Shown here one piece after another: positions 1 to 14,423 of a DNA stretch of 64,000 nucleotides (positions are counted from its first letter, which is position 1; each line of letters begins with the position of its first letter). A program made the position numbers and the translations under genes. The notes under the pieces were generated by a model. It was given only the letters and a program-made list of their open reading frames with translations. It was not told the origin of the DNA and ran no database searches. Source of the stretch: Auanema rhodensis (Eukaryota > Animalia > Nematoda); the NCBI GenBank assembly GCA_964057225.1, contig OZ059896.1, positions 11,284,001 through 11,348,000 of the forward strand, read 5' to 3'.

Positions 1-8
1 ATATTTAG

Positions 9-1419
9 GGAAGAAAACTTCCGTTTCATCTGTTTAGTAAACCAAACTTCGAATTTATCTCAAAATGTGGTAGAGGATACTCGTCAGGATATGCTCAAAA
101 GCATTGTTGACCAGTTTAGTGCTGTAAACTCAGAAAGTAGTTCTACCATAGATAGTGAACATATGTCGGCATGGAATAAGGTTTTTTTGTGAAAAAAATG
201 TTTTAGCTAGTAACAAATTTTGTTTAAGATCAATTCACCCAGTTTTTTTATATCTCATTCTAAAGCACCAACTGTATTAAATGGAGACCGTATTAATGCT
301 ACTCGTTATATTTTGTTAAGTAACACAAAATCATCTTCTGAAGTTGGCATTCATATCGAATATTACTTGATTTTATCGAATCTTTCAGAGTTCAGCTGAG
401 CTCTCTCGTAATAATGAGAGATGTTATACAGGGCATTCTACTTTATTATATCCGTCTAGGCTTTGGCAAGTAAGCATATAGGTCATAATAATTGTGATAA
501 TACTCATTTTCATAGAACTGGGAAAAACCCGAGGATTTAGTTAATATGGCTGATGTATGGTTGTTAACTCTTGAAAAGCGAGGATGTACTAATTTTGTCA
601 AAGCAGGAGCAGTAGGTGTTGCCGAAGTTTATAATATTTTTCTTCCATAGACATTTCATAATATTTAGGCTTTTGTGTTGTCTCTATTGGCTTGTTCTTT
701 TCATGATGGCCATCTGGAGATGGAAATGGCAGCTAGCGACCTACACAGGTTTCCTTTTCCAAGTATTACAGGAACATAACATAATTTACAGAGAAATGGG
801 AGTTTATGATGTACCTGTGGGAAATACAGGATCAACCGTTTCCATTAAAGTTGTAATTCCCTCTGATAACAAGCCGTATCTGGATGTATCAGCTGCTGGT
901 AGCTTATACGCTTGTGATGCTGGATGTTTGGATCAGCCTATCACATTGGCAAAGGCTCATGCTAGAATACCAGTCAAAGTTTTCGTTCTTGTGTTTTCTT
1001 TTTCTAATTAACATTTCAGGTAACCAAACCGCAAACAAGTATATTGTATGTCGCTACACAAAGAAAACATTTGGAACAATTGAGGTTTGGTCTTAGATAG
1101 ATGTGTAATCAGATTTTTTTAACATTTTGAGATCTGCTATACATGTATCCGAAGTAGAATCAGCACCGGCTCATGAGGAAGTTGTTCTTGCCATGCATAG
1201 ACATGGAACACCTTGGGGAGGCTTACCAACCTCATTTTGGGTGTTTTTAGGAATTATTTTGATAGCTTTCCACGTTTTCTTGGCTAAACTGTTATGGTTA
1301 AGAATTTTCTTATTTACGCCTTATTTCTTATTATTTATAGGTCGGAATGGAGAAAGGGTGATATGACTCCATATAATCCATACTTCAGAAGTCGGTCCGG
1401 TTATTCTAGATCTCATTAA
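9..1419 (+). CDS. KIAA2013-like (DUF2152) membrane protein, 3' portion; gene begins upstream of the window
   Basis: Spliced exons give HMSAWNK/SHSKAPTVLNGDRINATRY/WLLTLEKRGC/YACDAGCLDQP/IHVSEVESAPAHEE..HGTPWGGLPTSFW..FHVFLAKLLW, motifs I recognise from KIAA2013 homologues. C-terminal TM; TAA at 1417-1419. Confidence 0.85.
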
Positions 1420-1718
1420 AAAAATCAGACAATTGAAAAGGGAGGGTTCTCATCACTTCATCAGTTTTAATGGTTTAGTGTACATACATAAATTTATATT
1501 TTAAATGTCAGATATTTTTATCAACTGCTTAAACACGTGTAATGGATGTGATCCAGTTTCGCTAATTTATTAATAATTTTAGACGAATATAACTCTGAGA
1601 AATGGCCAAAATGTTATACTTGAATATGTATTTAATAAAAATAATAATATAAATAAAAATAAATCATGATATATTTATGTGTAATAACTGGTTATATATC
1701 ATGGTGTCATTATGCTCA

Positions 1719-3043
1719 TCACCCTTCGAATTTAGCGACCCCAAGGAATAGTAACAGAGGTTGAGATAGTAATTGGACTTTTAAACGTTTAATAATTGCT
1801 CTGAGCTTTCTCGTCCTGTTTCTCTCTGTTTGGATAAATCCCTTCTTCTGAAAAAAATTCTCATTAGATATCAATATACTATGTATTATTAACCTATATG
1901 AAATATAAGTTATTGCGATAAAGCCGATTACAAAAATAATAGAAGCAACAAGGTAAAAATTATAATCTAAAAAAAAAGTCAATTTTAGGTTATATTCAAT
2001 TTCGAACCTGCTAATATATTTCTAAGATAGTTAGCTTCTTGCATAGATGCTTCAGTTTTTGGCTTTTCTGAACATGTTAGCCCACAACAGTCTTCAACCG
2101 TATCACATTTAAAATAAATTTTCGAGTACTCATTAATGCTCGATCTAAGAGGAGTATCATAAAAAGAAAGAGTGTATTCACAAGCATGTTCAAAGCCATA
2201 ATCAGTCAATCCATAGTTTATACCATTGAAAGATACAGTATCATTGGTAATAATTGATTTATTTTCTTTTATCAAAGTATTACGAACCATCTAAAGAAAA
2301 ATAGGTTAAAAATTAAGAAAATAGTTGTGTTTAATTGATATGATATCACATTAAATATTGACTAAAGCGTTAGATGGTATTCATAACAATTTATCTATTG
2401 ATAAATTGATAAAAAAAATCATGCTCAAGTGATGTATATCTCAATTCTTAACGGTATGAAAAATCACAAAAGAACTTTGACTTTTCTCTTTTATAAAAGA
2501 TAATGTTTTTATATTTTATATTTTTATGGAATTGACAATGTTAACTTACGATCATGATCTCATTAAATGTCCGTGGACAGCACTGTAATCCACAAGCGAT
2601 CTCATCAGCAGGACAGTTTAGAGATATTTTAGACAGGATATAAGTGTTATCTGGCGCATTAGCTTGCCAATTGCTAATCATATCTTCATTGTCTATTACG
2701 AAAGCTGGGAAAGAAAGAAAACGTAGAGAATCAAAATAAAATGTTTGGTCAGGATTTAAACGGTTATCGTTAAGAAAGTAAGTTATCCCATCTATCTGTT
2801 AAATCAGAAAATTAATTAGGAAAATAATAGATAAACAAATACCACATATCCAGAATCATTTTTAAGAATCAGGTGGTTTATCCATGTTTCATCTTTCTCA
2901 GTGCTGTTTACTTCTACTGAATATTTATGGACAATTTTCTTTATTATATCCGAGGTTTCTCGTAGTGGAAATCGATCATTACAAATACTTTCAGCAATGG
3001 CAGAAAACGAAAGAACAATTAGAACAATTCCATAAGCATACAT
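1719..3043 (-). CDS. Type I membrane protein with two CX-module-like Cys clusters (nematode-specific family)
   Basis: Four exons: signal peptide MYAYGIVLIVLSFSAIA; LNCPADEIACGLQCC; CEYTL...YFKCDTVEDCCGLTCS; TM FYLVASIIFVIGFIAITYI, then a basic tail. Confidence 0.65.
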
Positions 3044-4594
3044 GTTTTAATACAGTAACATTTTGCGGCGAACAATCAATCTATAAAGTATAAGTTCCAG
3101 ATTTGAATAGTTTTCAGAAATAATCAAAAAAGAGAACTGTAAGCAAGCTAACGAAGGAGACTTTGTGTCTAGATCTTCAAGTTTTCCTACCGATTAGATA
3201 ACAAATTATGTATCGACGACGGTAATCAGTTAAAGCTACAGTTTAAGACACCAACATCTTGGGCTCTGATAAGATGATTGTCAGAAGAAACATTGATGGG
3301 TTGAGAATAGTATTAAGAAATTAATTACATATAATTTTATTCGTTTAAATTGATGTGAAATAATGAAGAAAAAACTTTGTTAAAAAATTACCTATTGTCT
3401 AAAACAATATTCTATTTTATTCATAATTTTAAAAAAATATTGACACTGTTTTTAAATGATTGTTGTTTGTTTACTTTATTTCATTCTGATAAACCTTTTT
3501 TTATCAGTAAAAGCATATGTATAAATAGGTTATAACTATGCAATTTTGAATGAACTTGTAAATATTCTTTAAATATAATACATTAGAATAACGTTCTTAA
3601 CCCATAAAACAACTTTATGTGTGATCATTCTTTGAGTACTTAAGTTTAACTTAAATGATAAGATTAGTCTTTATTATACTACGTATACATGCATGTGCTC
3701 ATAGTGATATTTTTCTGCTCAGAATTTACAGACAGGCATTTCTCACTTAAACAATGTATTTGCTTGGCAAACTTAAGTTATAACCATCAGAACAGCGTGT
3801 TCAAGAATAAACGAATTACTAAATATTTGCGACACTACAAGTATCCATATTATACTTTACTTGCACACTTTAGAAGTCGTTTCAGAAACGGAGGCTTCCT
3901 AGTATACTAATCAAGTTTATTCTTGAAAATTAGAAAAGAACAAAATACAAATAAATGAACATAAACTACTTCATATGCTTTAAGTATAATATATTGTGTT
4001 AAATCTGAAGATAATACTCATTCGGTAATGCAAATGAAACTTGTTGTGACTTATTGAATCGTATGTGATCATGATAACTAAATAATCGAAGACCTTTGGT
4101 GAACAATCTTTGGTGAACAAGATGAAAAAATAAATGATCAATGTCATATAATACACTAAATATTACTACCCTGTTAAAACTTTTACTCAATGAACTCAAA
4201 CATTTAAAGTTTTTCGTGCAAGAGATTCGGAGAGTACAGAAGCATCTCATGTTGTGTACATATGACCTGCAACAACTATTCAATTTAGTAAGGCAAATAA
4301 ACTACTGTATATAAGACTTCCGTTCTTTCCTCCAAGATACAGAAGACCACAGATTATAGCCACTATTCGCAGCTTTTTGCTTTTTTAAAAAATCACTTTA
4401 CAAAACTTAGTTTAAGTTTCCAGAATGAGTATGATCTTTTTGATCTCAGTAATATCAATTGTTTCTTGCAAGCCTTTAACTGACTTAGATTATCTTCATA
4501 ATATAAGCTTAGTTCATGATGGATCTTCTATTTTAAATTTAAATACGATTGATAAATGTAAGTGAATAAGAGCATTTTTTTCTTTAATTTTTAG

Positions 4595-5249
4595 ATTTTA
4601 CTTTCAGTATCTGATGTTCCCGAGGATTTAATGCAACCATTGAAGGATGCTATATTAACGGCTTTCCCTTCATACCTAGAAGCTAACCAAGCCAGCCAAT
4701 ATGTACTTTACACTTTTTTGCAAACAGAAAGTTAACTATCTTTCAGACTTCAGGAACAGTAGCACCAACACTTGTCACTTCCCAAATACCTGATCTGGAA
4801 ACCGAGGTACTAGACTATCAGTACATACATATACGATATCTCTAAATTATAGGGTCAAACAACAACTCACGTTGTCCCAGATGAAAATAACACACAGATC
4901 TTCACTGAACCAATGCATTCAATTCCTCATAATGACTCTGAACTCATAGCTGAAACCATATCAACTACCGAATCCCAACCAGAAGAATTGCTGAAGCAGA
5001 CGACAATACCTGACACACGCCCAGGTATTTTAAAATTAAATATTTTCCGTATATAATAATGTTATAAAGAAATAACTGAAGGATCGAGTGCTACTATTGA
5101 AACAACAACAGATTTCTGGAGTAGAACAGGCAAGTACAATAAATTTTTAACAATATTAAACATACTATTTAGATCTAATTCACTTTCATGTTGATTTTGA
5201 AAAACAAGATATCACAACGGTTATTCCACCAGATTCTCAAGTATTTTAA
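4595..5249 (+). CDS. Orphan Thr/Pro/Glu-rich protein, 3' exons only; 5' exons (about 3.65-4.56 kb) unresolved
   Basis: Five frame-consistent exons with ~43-nt introns (ILLSVSDVPEDLMQ.../TSGTVAPTLVTSQ.../GQTTTHVVPDE.../ITEGSSATIETTT.../LIHFHVDFEKQDITTVIPPDSQVF*). No family recognised. Confidence 0.5.
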
Positions 5250-6000
5250 TGATCTAAAGAATAAATGTACATTAATTGTATTATTATAATATATACTAAT
5301 ATTTTTCGCAATGTTTATTCATATTGTTATAGATTCAAAACATATATGTATCATTTGGAAAAAGCATAAAATTTTAAATTTACAGCCCTTTCTCAGATTT
5401 CTTTTTCTAAATCCGATAATTACTTTGATAAGATCTTTTTATATTGTTCCTTGAAATCAATAGAAACCAACACACTTACTGAAGCTCAACAGATTGCTTT
5501 TCGAGACATAGAGTGACGTTCATTTTTTTCGTGACATTTACGACCACAAGCAAATGATAAAATAAAAAAAGAATTTATAGAATGCCCTGACTGAAATAAC
5601 TTTACACCAAATCTGAGAAAGAAATGTGCATTGCACTAAAACAATGAGTGTCTTTTATTTTTGACCTAGCTCGTACACGAACATGACTGGTTGCGCTTTG
5701 AATGAAATAACAACTGCAATAGTTTTTCTTATTAAAAGTTAGAATTGGACACAAAATATTAACTACACTGTACTCACAAGAGAATATCCCATTACTAGTA
5801 CACGTTTAGGCGGGAGTTACTCTGATATATATTATTGATTATGTTGGGTTAAATACCTCTGTCTTGAATCTGCCTCAAACTATAATACTTTTCTCAAAAA
5901 ACCAAGTGAAAAATTGTTATCCGATTGTTATGCGACAACAGATGATTTTTTTAATTTACGATGAAATTTAAATTCAATTAAATGATGCTTATTTTAGGGC

Positions 6001-8107
6001 ATGAACATTTTATATATAGCTTTACTAACAATTTTATTGCAACTGAAAGTTGTTTCCTGTCTTAATGTCCTCGTTTGGTGTCCAACTTTGGGTCAAAGCC
6101 ATGTAAACTTTATGGGTAAAATAGCTGACACATTGCAAGAAGATGGCCACAATGTGGTTCGGCATTTCATTAACAATGGGAAATTTATGAGTTTCTTTTA
6201 GACTATGCTTATGATTGAAAATGATCCAGATATTTGGTCCACAGGAACATCGCTGGTGAAGCACACTATATGGTACATTTTGTCTCTTCATGTTAACTCT
6301 AACTTTTTTTGTAGGTATACTTCTCCTCTTGTGGATAAATCTGAGTGGGCAACTCATAATTTTAAGAAAGGAAATGTTTTTTTAACCAAGACTTTTGATT
6401 TCGTTGACTTTTTAAAAATGCAAAGCATCAACTATAGGATTTGCGAAAGTAAGATTATATTATTTTCTAAATTATATATCGCTTTAGGTATGATTTCCGA
6501 TCAAAATTTTCTCCAACTTTTACAATCATCAGGATTCGATTTAGCAATCATGGAAATGTTTCATTTCTGCCCTGCAGGTAATAATTGTTTGTTTGAAATA
6601 TAAGTTCTGATTATTGTAGGCATTCTTCATATTGCTGGTATTCCCAAAATAGTTATGGCTTCTGCCCTAGGCATAACATCTGCTCATGTTGAAATTTTAG
6701 GCATTCCAACTTCTTTGAGTTTTGTACCGAGTATGTATTATTTTATCTAGCATTATTTATTTATATGCCTTTATTGGATTTAGCATTCCTTACTCATATG
6801 GGCAGCCAAATGTCAGTAGTTGAACGTTTGTATAACGTTGTTTTCAATTTTTGTAGCAAAGTTGGTTATTTTCTTTGTTTTATGAAAATAATATATTTTA
6901 GCTGTTGTATTGGAATTTACTGTATTCGGAGCAAGCTCTTGTGAACTCCAAGTTCAAAAACTTTCCGAGTCTCTTCCAATTATTCAAGGTTATTTCTTAC
7001 CATTTTTTTTGAAAACTGATTTGTTTAGAACAAACTAGACTATTTACTATTAAATACGAATGAATTCACCGAATCCACTAGGCCAACTCTTTCAAGCATT
7101 AAATATATTGGAGGTGTTACAACAGACCAACCAAAACCATTACAATTGGTTGGACTAATAGGGTATATACTTTTAATTAATTTGTATGTTTTTAGGAATT
7201 CGAAACAATTCTTAGTCGAGGGAAAAAAGGAGCTGTTTTCTTTTCTCTCGGGTCTCTTGTCAAATCTGCAGAAATGCCATCACATATTCGTCGAGGTTTA
7301 TTATTTAGCTTTATCATTTTACAAATTAAAAAGATATTTTCAGCATTCTTTGAAGCTTTTCTTCATTTCCCTGAATACGAATTTATTTGGAAGGATGACG
7401 TTCAATCGAATTTTTCTTACCCAAACATTCATTTCCGAAGATGGGTTCCTCAAGTTGATTTATTAGGCATTACGAAAAAAAGTTTCTTGCAAAAAGTTTT
7501 TTCCTTCAGCTGATCCCAGGCTTAAACTATTTATAACGCATGGTGGAATGAATTCTATACAGGAAGCTCTCATTTTCGGAGTACCTATGATTACAATGCC
7601 ACTTTTTGCTGATCAGGTTCCAAGCTACTTTATCTTATTACGTCTATATATTTGTTTTTAGGATGCTAATGCAGCCTTAGCTGCCGAGCGTGGATATTCT
7701 TATACATTGAGCAAATTTTCCATTACAAAAGAAAAAGTAATAAATGCTATTCGGTTGGTTTTAGGCGAAGAAGGCACAGAAAGGTCAGTGAACTTTACCA
7801 CACACATAACAATATTCTAGTGTTCAGTGTTTTCATAAACAAGGCCAAGCAAGCTGCTCGTGTGCTTCATGACAGTCCTAAGATGATGAAAAAAGAAATC
7901 CAGCGTGTCGTCCGCTTATCCGGCTCTGAACCTACATTATATCACCTCAAACTTGACTCCGAACATTTGAACATATTTCAATATTTCAATATCGATGTTT
8001 ATATAATTTTATGTACCATGCTATTACTACTCGCTGTATCTTTCGGTAAAATTGTGAAATATTACATTAATGTAAATTTTGTATCTGCAAAGCAAAAAAC
8101 CTGCTAA
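6001..8107 (+). CDS. UDP-glucuronosyltransferase (GT1 family)
   Basis: Signal peptide, [21 protein letters not shown] signature [28 protein letters not shown]...PLFADQ, C-terminal TM and KQKTC (KxKxx ER-retrieval signal). Confidence 0.95.
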
Positions 8108-9450
8108 CTTCTAAAACCAATTGTCGCCTGTTTGTAACTATTTTTGTGATATATTCAGATTCTGTGAGAGTTTTTTATGTTTACATGTAAATTTTTGGCT
8201 TTTTGCCTATAAAGTACTAATTATGATTGAACGTTCCACTTGCTGAATTTTACGTTATTACGTATTCATTACTTTTATTTTTATACATTCAATGTTTTGC
8301 TTTCCATTATTTCATAGATTCATTTGTCATGCTTATATTTTCATATAACGACTATATGAGTCCATATATGAGGTGAGTTTACACCCTTTTTTTTGTTCTT
8401 TGTTCTCTGTTGGACATTTGTGTACTGTAGACAATTAGAACTGTCAAGACAATTAATGATGTAAAATTAGATTGCATATTCAATAAGTGAGTAATAGTTA
8501 TATTTTTCTTAAAACTGTATGGCAAATTAATAGAAAACCTTTATCAATCCTTTTGTATAAGCTTCTCTCTATCTATTTCACTTCCTATCGTTATGATGTT
8601 ATCTGAATAGTACACCGCCTTGCCACCGGTGTCGGGATGGTTTGAACTTTCTAGGTATTGTACAGCTTCGGTATCCCCCGGATATAGAGATAAAATCCGA
8701 GACTAGTATAAGAGTAGTGAAAATAATATTTTATTTTATTGTTCTATATGCTAAGAAACTTTTGTTTGTTATTTTGCTTTGACATTAATAGTTTACTTCT
8801 CAAATATTAAATATTTAGAATTATTTAATAAAAGTAACGCAATTCATCTATATCTATATAACAATGCTAAAACGTTGTATGAAAGATATTCTTCATATAT
8901 GTTTGCTTTGATTATGTAATTACAAGTCACTACATTGTTATATATCTTGGATATCATTGTCTTTTGTGTAAACATTCTTCCAGCCTGGCTTATATTAATT
9001 TCTGTTCGTTTAAATCTGGTAATCCACAGCTTTTACACTTTTTAATCATTAATCCTTTTTTCATTTTTCTAAAAGATACTCTTGTTTTCAATTGAAACGC
9101 CATTGCATTCAAATTTGTGTAAGCCTCATAGAATCTCTCATTTTTATTTTTCGTTTATTCTATCTCCTCTGATTCTCTAATCGTGTTTTTTTCTTCTATG
9201 TAATCTAGCACCTTTTGTTAGTGTAGTTTTTTATATTTTCCAACCTTGCGTTTGTTGTCATTTCTAACACTTTCGAAACTTTATGTCCGACAAAAGCAAT
9301 TCAAAGATCTAATAGAGAGAATTAATGTGTTTGACCGATGATTGGCTCAAAGTCGATGAACATACAAGGCGATAATGTAGCTGGCATCTCATTTACGGTC
9401 GCCCTACCTTGTATCTATATAACACTTTAGCTTAAGCGTCTAATCCTTTG

Positions 9451-12400
9451 TTCTCATCATGGTCAGTAATAAGAGCGTGTTTTTTCTAAATTTCTTATAG
9501 TTTAGAGAGCATTCGCGATAGCGTTTGACAACAACATTTGATTGATATTTCATGTTGAACTTATTCTGTGTTGTTTATGCAGTTGTGTTAGTTTAATTTC
9601 GAAAGCTCACGAAATTTTGCAACTTTTGATTTCTTCGCAAAATAATAAAGTTTTGTGAACTTATTTTTTGCTCTTGGCAATATTTTATTGCTCGTGCCTG
9701 GTGCACTACAAAGCCATGGGGTTAAGTTAACAAACATCTTGAACTTAATCCAAGTGCTCGCAATTCCTCACATCTTATTCCCAGTTCATGGTTTATAGAA
9801 TAGTTTGCCTTGAACATCTGTATCTATGAAATGTGATAGAAACCCTTTTGTACTAGAACGCCTCATTATTGTCTAGATACATATATCAGTATAGTGCAAA
9901 ATTTCGAACAGAAATGGAAATTTCTTTTGTCCTATTTCAGCGAATTGTTAAAGTTACAAAAAATGATACGCATGATTACTCAAGTGTTCTTCTGATTTTC
10001 TTGCTATTAGAATAACTTTTTATTTAGACGAAATGTTTTTGAAAATTTTCATTAATGTAAGTTTCTAATTGTAAAATAGCGGTAGTTTCCAATATATTTT
10101 TTTCAAAAATTCAATTAGTGCTTTGTGACTGAGCTCAGAACCAGGAAACATTTTATTGAAATGAGCAATGGTGGAGTTAAATTGTTGTTCAGTTACGTTT
10201 AACAGCGTGTTTGAGTTGGTTCATCGTGAATTTTCTGCATTTTTTTGACTTCGCGCTCAGCGGTTACAGTATTACTATGACCGGATATTCAAGTTTGAAA
10301 GTTGTGCTGGATAAGTTGACATTCATCAATCCTCACTAAGCGGCTACAGCGCAGGCATGTTGCAAAGACTACAACGTCGGTGATGTGGTCACTCTCAGAA
10401 AACAAATTGTCATTGTTTGGCTGAAATAGCGATTTTGAATTCTTGCGTAATTTGCAAAGAATATGACAAAAAAATGTTAACGGAAAGAAAATTAACGAAA
10501 GATAGTGAAATGAGTGAATCATATTGTATCTTACCATCTATGGGAACAACCGTTTTTGTTAGCAGGCCACCCATGGAAGTGCATATGAAAACTAGTTTTT
10601 TTGATATAAATTCAAAATTCAGATTTGAGTTGTAGTCTTGAGAATATAAAACTATTAAACATTACCGTTTTTTGTCCTTCTCTACTTTTTTATCTTTGCA
10701 AAACCTTCTTCCTTAAGAGCCACATCTCATGAGATCGCTCGCCTCAGCTCTTCTTTAGAAAGAAACTACGTTTCTTAATAGGATAGTGCGTTGTCTGGGT
10801 TCATCAGAGCGCGAATAATAGTCCTGAGTACTAAGGAAATGCTGTGCTGAACTGTTCTCACTGTCTCTACAGTCTGGGAAAGTTTCAATCTCGTTGAATG
10901 AAGGCTGAATCAATTAATTCGAAAACTTCATTATGGAAAAGAGTACAAAAATCAAATATTTTTCCCTCTTCTATTAATTTATTCCACTTTTTTCTTTTCT
11001 TCTTTATTTTTGAATTTAACAGTACTATTCAATTTTCAAGGTTTTTTACCCATGAGTTTCATTTTATTTTTAACTTGACAACAATTTATGAATATATATG
11101 AAAGGTTATTGTTAACTACAAGACAATTTGCAGGGTGGAGCCTAATTATGAGAATATGGAAGTTCTCATTCTGTTCAAATTAGTACAGGTGCTGTTCTCA
11201 GGTCACATCTGAGTCTCATGAAGCCAGATGCCTCATGAGAAAATGAATTTCTTAATAAAAATTGCTATAAATAGGAATGTAAATATCTTTTTGTTACCGG
11301 AATCATTTTCAACAAAACATGAATGATTGCAAATAATTGTTTTTATTTACTTTTTCTTAGTGTCTTTAAATTTTCTTTCTTTATGAATCAGTTTCATGAC
11401 GTAACCATTTCATTAAGTCAAATTTAAATATTTGCAGCAATGAAACATAATCCAAATAATGAATTATATTCATTTGCACGTGTTTATTATATTTGAAAAA
11501 TGGGTGGAGTTTTGAGTTATATCTCTGCCAACCATACTTTGTCTGGTGACCCTCAATATCTTCTTGCCTACATTACTCTGTCAGAAATAAGATGTACTTC
11601 TTATACGTATTACAAGATACTTCAATACATCAACTGATTTAATTCTTGAGTATTCTATATATGCTAAGATTTCTAAAGCAATACTATTGTAACATAATTC
11701 TTTTTACAATTTTTTTACCAGATAAATAAATTTCTGGTATATTAGTTTTAAATTTCATTGCCTTCCTGATTCTTCAATACTACGTCAAAACTTCCGGTTA
11801 ATTGTTTTGTTGTGTGATACATGGAACTCTTATTCTATTCTCGCCTTGTGTGCGGTTAATTCAAATGACTTTTTTTTTCCCATCTTCTCTTTATTTATAG
11901 CTTTTGCTTTTCTCTATTTCATCGCATTTTCTAACATTCCAATTTTGGTTTACTCCGCTTTCGCTTCATTTTCGTCTAATATAGACTTGCTATTTTAAAG
12001 TATGCCTACTAACAAGGAAACACAACCTTCCTCTTTTCTTGCCTGATTTCAAGTTAATTTCCGTAAAAATGAGACTTTGTTCATGCCCTCAGAATCAAAT
12101 GCTTTTCCTCGTTTATTTTCTGTGCATTGTTCTACAGATTCATGTCACTTTCACTGTTCTTCTCTCTCTTCTTTTTTATAAATTCAGTTTAGTGATAGCA
12201 AATCAGCTTTGCATAATAATTATTATTCCAATGACGTTTCTTAGTAGAAAGTTGTTATCCGTTTATGTCCAAAATAGTTTTTTGTTCTAAAATGCATACA
12301 CATCGGTTTTGCCATGAGCATTATTTTCTAAAACATCATCATGGTTGTTCTCACCTCAGCCTGAGATGTTTATGGCCAGTCACACAATGCTGTTAGGTAA

Positions 12401-12527
12401 ATTTGAACTTTGTAATCACTTGCCACAGGGATGAGAAGTGAACTGATTATGAGAACTCACACATTATTGAGCCTAAAATATTTACAAGGCTAACTATTCT
12501 ACTTTACTTTCATTCATTCATTCTCAT
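9451..12527. promoter_or_regulatory. Cluster of at least 10 RTGRGAA (CSL/LAG-1-like) motifs upstream of the F-box gene
   Basis: Sites at 9451, 10540, 10855, 11148, 11163, 11235, 12348, 12431, 12449 and 12521 (both strands) in a non-coding interval. Confidence 0.35.
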
Positions 12528-12655
12528 CTGCTGCATGCAGTGATCTCCTCTCTTTTTTTGTCTTTATTGCTGAATTATGTTAAATTTTCTCCTTTTTCTT
12601 TTACTTTACTCTGCTTTTTCTTGACGTTTGGTTGCTAATTACAGAATATTTTCAG

Positions 12656-14423
12656 ATGGATTCTTCCGTCGGACGCTCACTGATAAGTTTAGCTAAACGA
12701 GGAATAGCTCGTGCTCATCGTCGTCTGACTCATTTAGCTAACAAAGTAAGTACTTGAAAAAAAAATGTCATTATTGAGTAGTTCTTTGTTTTTTTTTCTG
12801 TTGGAAGTAGAGGGCAATATGTATTATAATTATTTTGTTTTAAGGTGCACAATAGTGGAAACGATGTTGCTTTAGATGAACCAATTTTGGAAGCAATTTT
12901 TGCAAACCTTGATTTAGAAGAAAGAATTAGAATGGGCTTGGTAAGTTAACTATTTTAAGTTAATCATAATATATATTTTTCTTAAGCTCTCTCGACAAGC
13001 TATTCGCATTGTTGATCGGATGCCAATTATTTTACCATTTTTAATGATTCGATCTGAAGGCCGTAGCAGCTTCGAAATAATTTCTGATAACATGGATTTA
13101 TTAGTCGGTAAGGTTTTGCCTATTTATTCTCGAACAGAATCGAATCTGTTAATACAAATACAACTATATATAAATCAGAATTCTTCAATAATATTTTTCT
13201 TTAGGTCACATTCTCGACAACTGTGACGGTTTTCAACTTTCGTCTGGAAATAAAGTTTATGTTCAAGAAAAATCACTGCCAATTGTTGTCAATCAAATCC
13301 GTATGTCATCTCTGACCTGTTTCTATGTCAACCTACTCTTTTCAGTTTCTCGTATTTCCGGAATTTCTCAATTTTGGCTAGACTCTGTTAACAATGGTGC
13401 TATTGCGGAATTGGTCACCGAATATTATAGAAAATTGAATGAGAACAAGTGCTTCAAAAGGTGAGATCTCCAATAATTAATAATTTATTAAAATAATAAT
13501 TTTAGATTTCAAATCGAGCAGTTGACTGTGGTTGGTACTGGCAAATCATTCGAAATGAATCCGATTTCTTCTTTGATTATGCTATCCAGAAAAAATTTGC
13601 AAGCAATTCGTTTCCGTCACTGCAGACTTCAAAACGAAGTAAGTTATGTTAAAATTTTAAATAAAGGCCTACAGCCAATCTTTAACCAATATGTTCTTTA
13701 ATAAATATTTCTTTAGGAGGAATCTCAACATCTTTGGTCTGCTATTGGTCAATGTCCAGCCTTACAACAAATTCAATATGAACCATGCAAGTTGGACAGA
13801 TGGAGTCGGCCCTTCATTGCTCAGGCGCTCGAAGGAAAACAACTTGTGTCTTTGATTTTGACCGGGGTCGCTGGTCTCAAACCTGCAGACATTTTCCGTT
13901 ATTCAAGCGGCGGATGGCTTCAAGAGCTCGCAGTCGTAGGAGAGCATCTTCCAGCAACCATTTACGCTGACCCCAAAGCAAAGAAAACCGTTGAGGGTTT
14001 GAATAGTTTACTGATTCAGGTAATATATTCCTCTTTTATTTTGGAAATCTAATTTTCATGCTTTAGATTAGTGAGACCTTCAGTTTGGAAGACGTAAAAT
14101 CTCGAGCGGAATTGCTCTTGGTTTTGAATACTCTCCCTGCAAGCGGTGTTCTTGAAGTAATTCATAGCAGCCGTGGATCAGTCTCTGAATTAGCTCGTCT
14201 TCTTAGTTACTGGCTTCACCTTACACGTGATTCTCAACGCTGTATAAAGTTGAAGCTTGAGGAGTGCTCTCAGGAGCGTCAAGATGCTGCTGTTGGTCGA
14301 TTAATGCGTAAAAGCAAGGATACTAGAAAAAGCGGATGTAGCAATCATTCCTTAACTTTAACCTGTGGAGAAGGAAGTGTTGTTCTCTTGGATAAGAACA
14401 CTTGGTTCGGAGATGAGCTTTAA
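12656..14423 (+). CDS. F-box protein with LRR-like C-terminal region
   Basis: ATG directly after TTTTCAG; eight frame-consistent exons; F-box-like LDEPILEAIFANLDLEERIRMGLLSRQAIRIV; LRR-like repeats (IEQLTVVG, LQAIRFRHC, LQQIQYEPC, LVSLILTG, LQELAVVG). Confidence 0.7.

Noticed and set aside
3260-5560. TGATAA (ELT-2-like) sites upstream of the CX and UGT genes
   Set aside because: Plausible for intestinal genes, but the hexamer is too frequent at this AT content to support a call.
8615-8710. GC-richer patch with small hairpins ending near CTAGT
   Set aside because: Could be a Helitron end or a small RNA relic, but the stems are only 5 bp and there is no second copy in the window.
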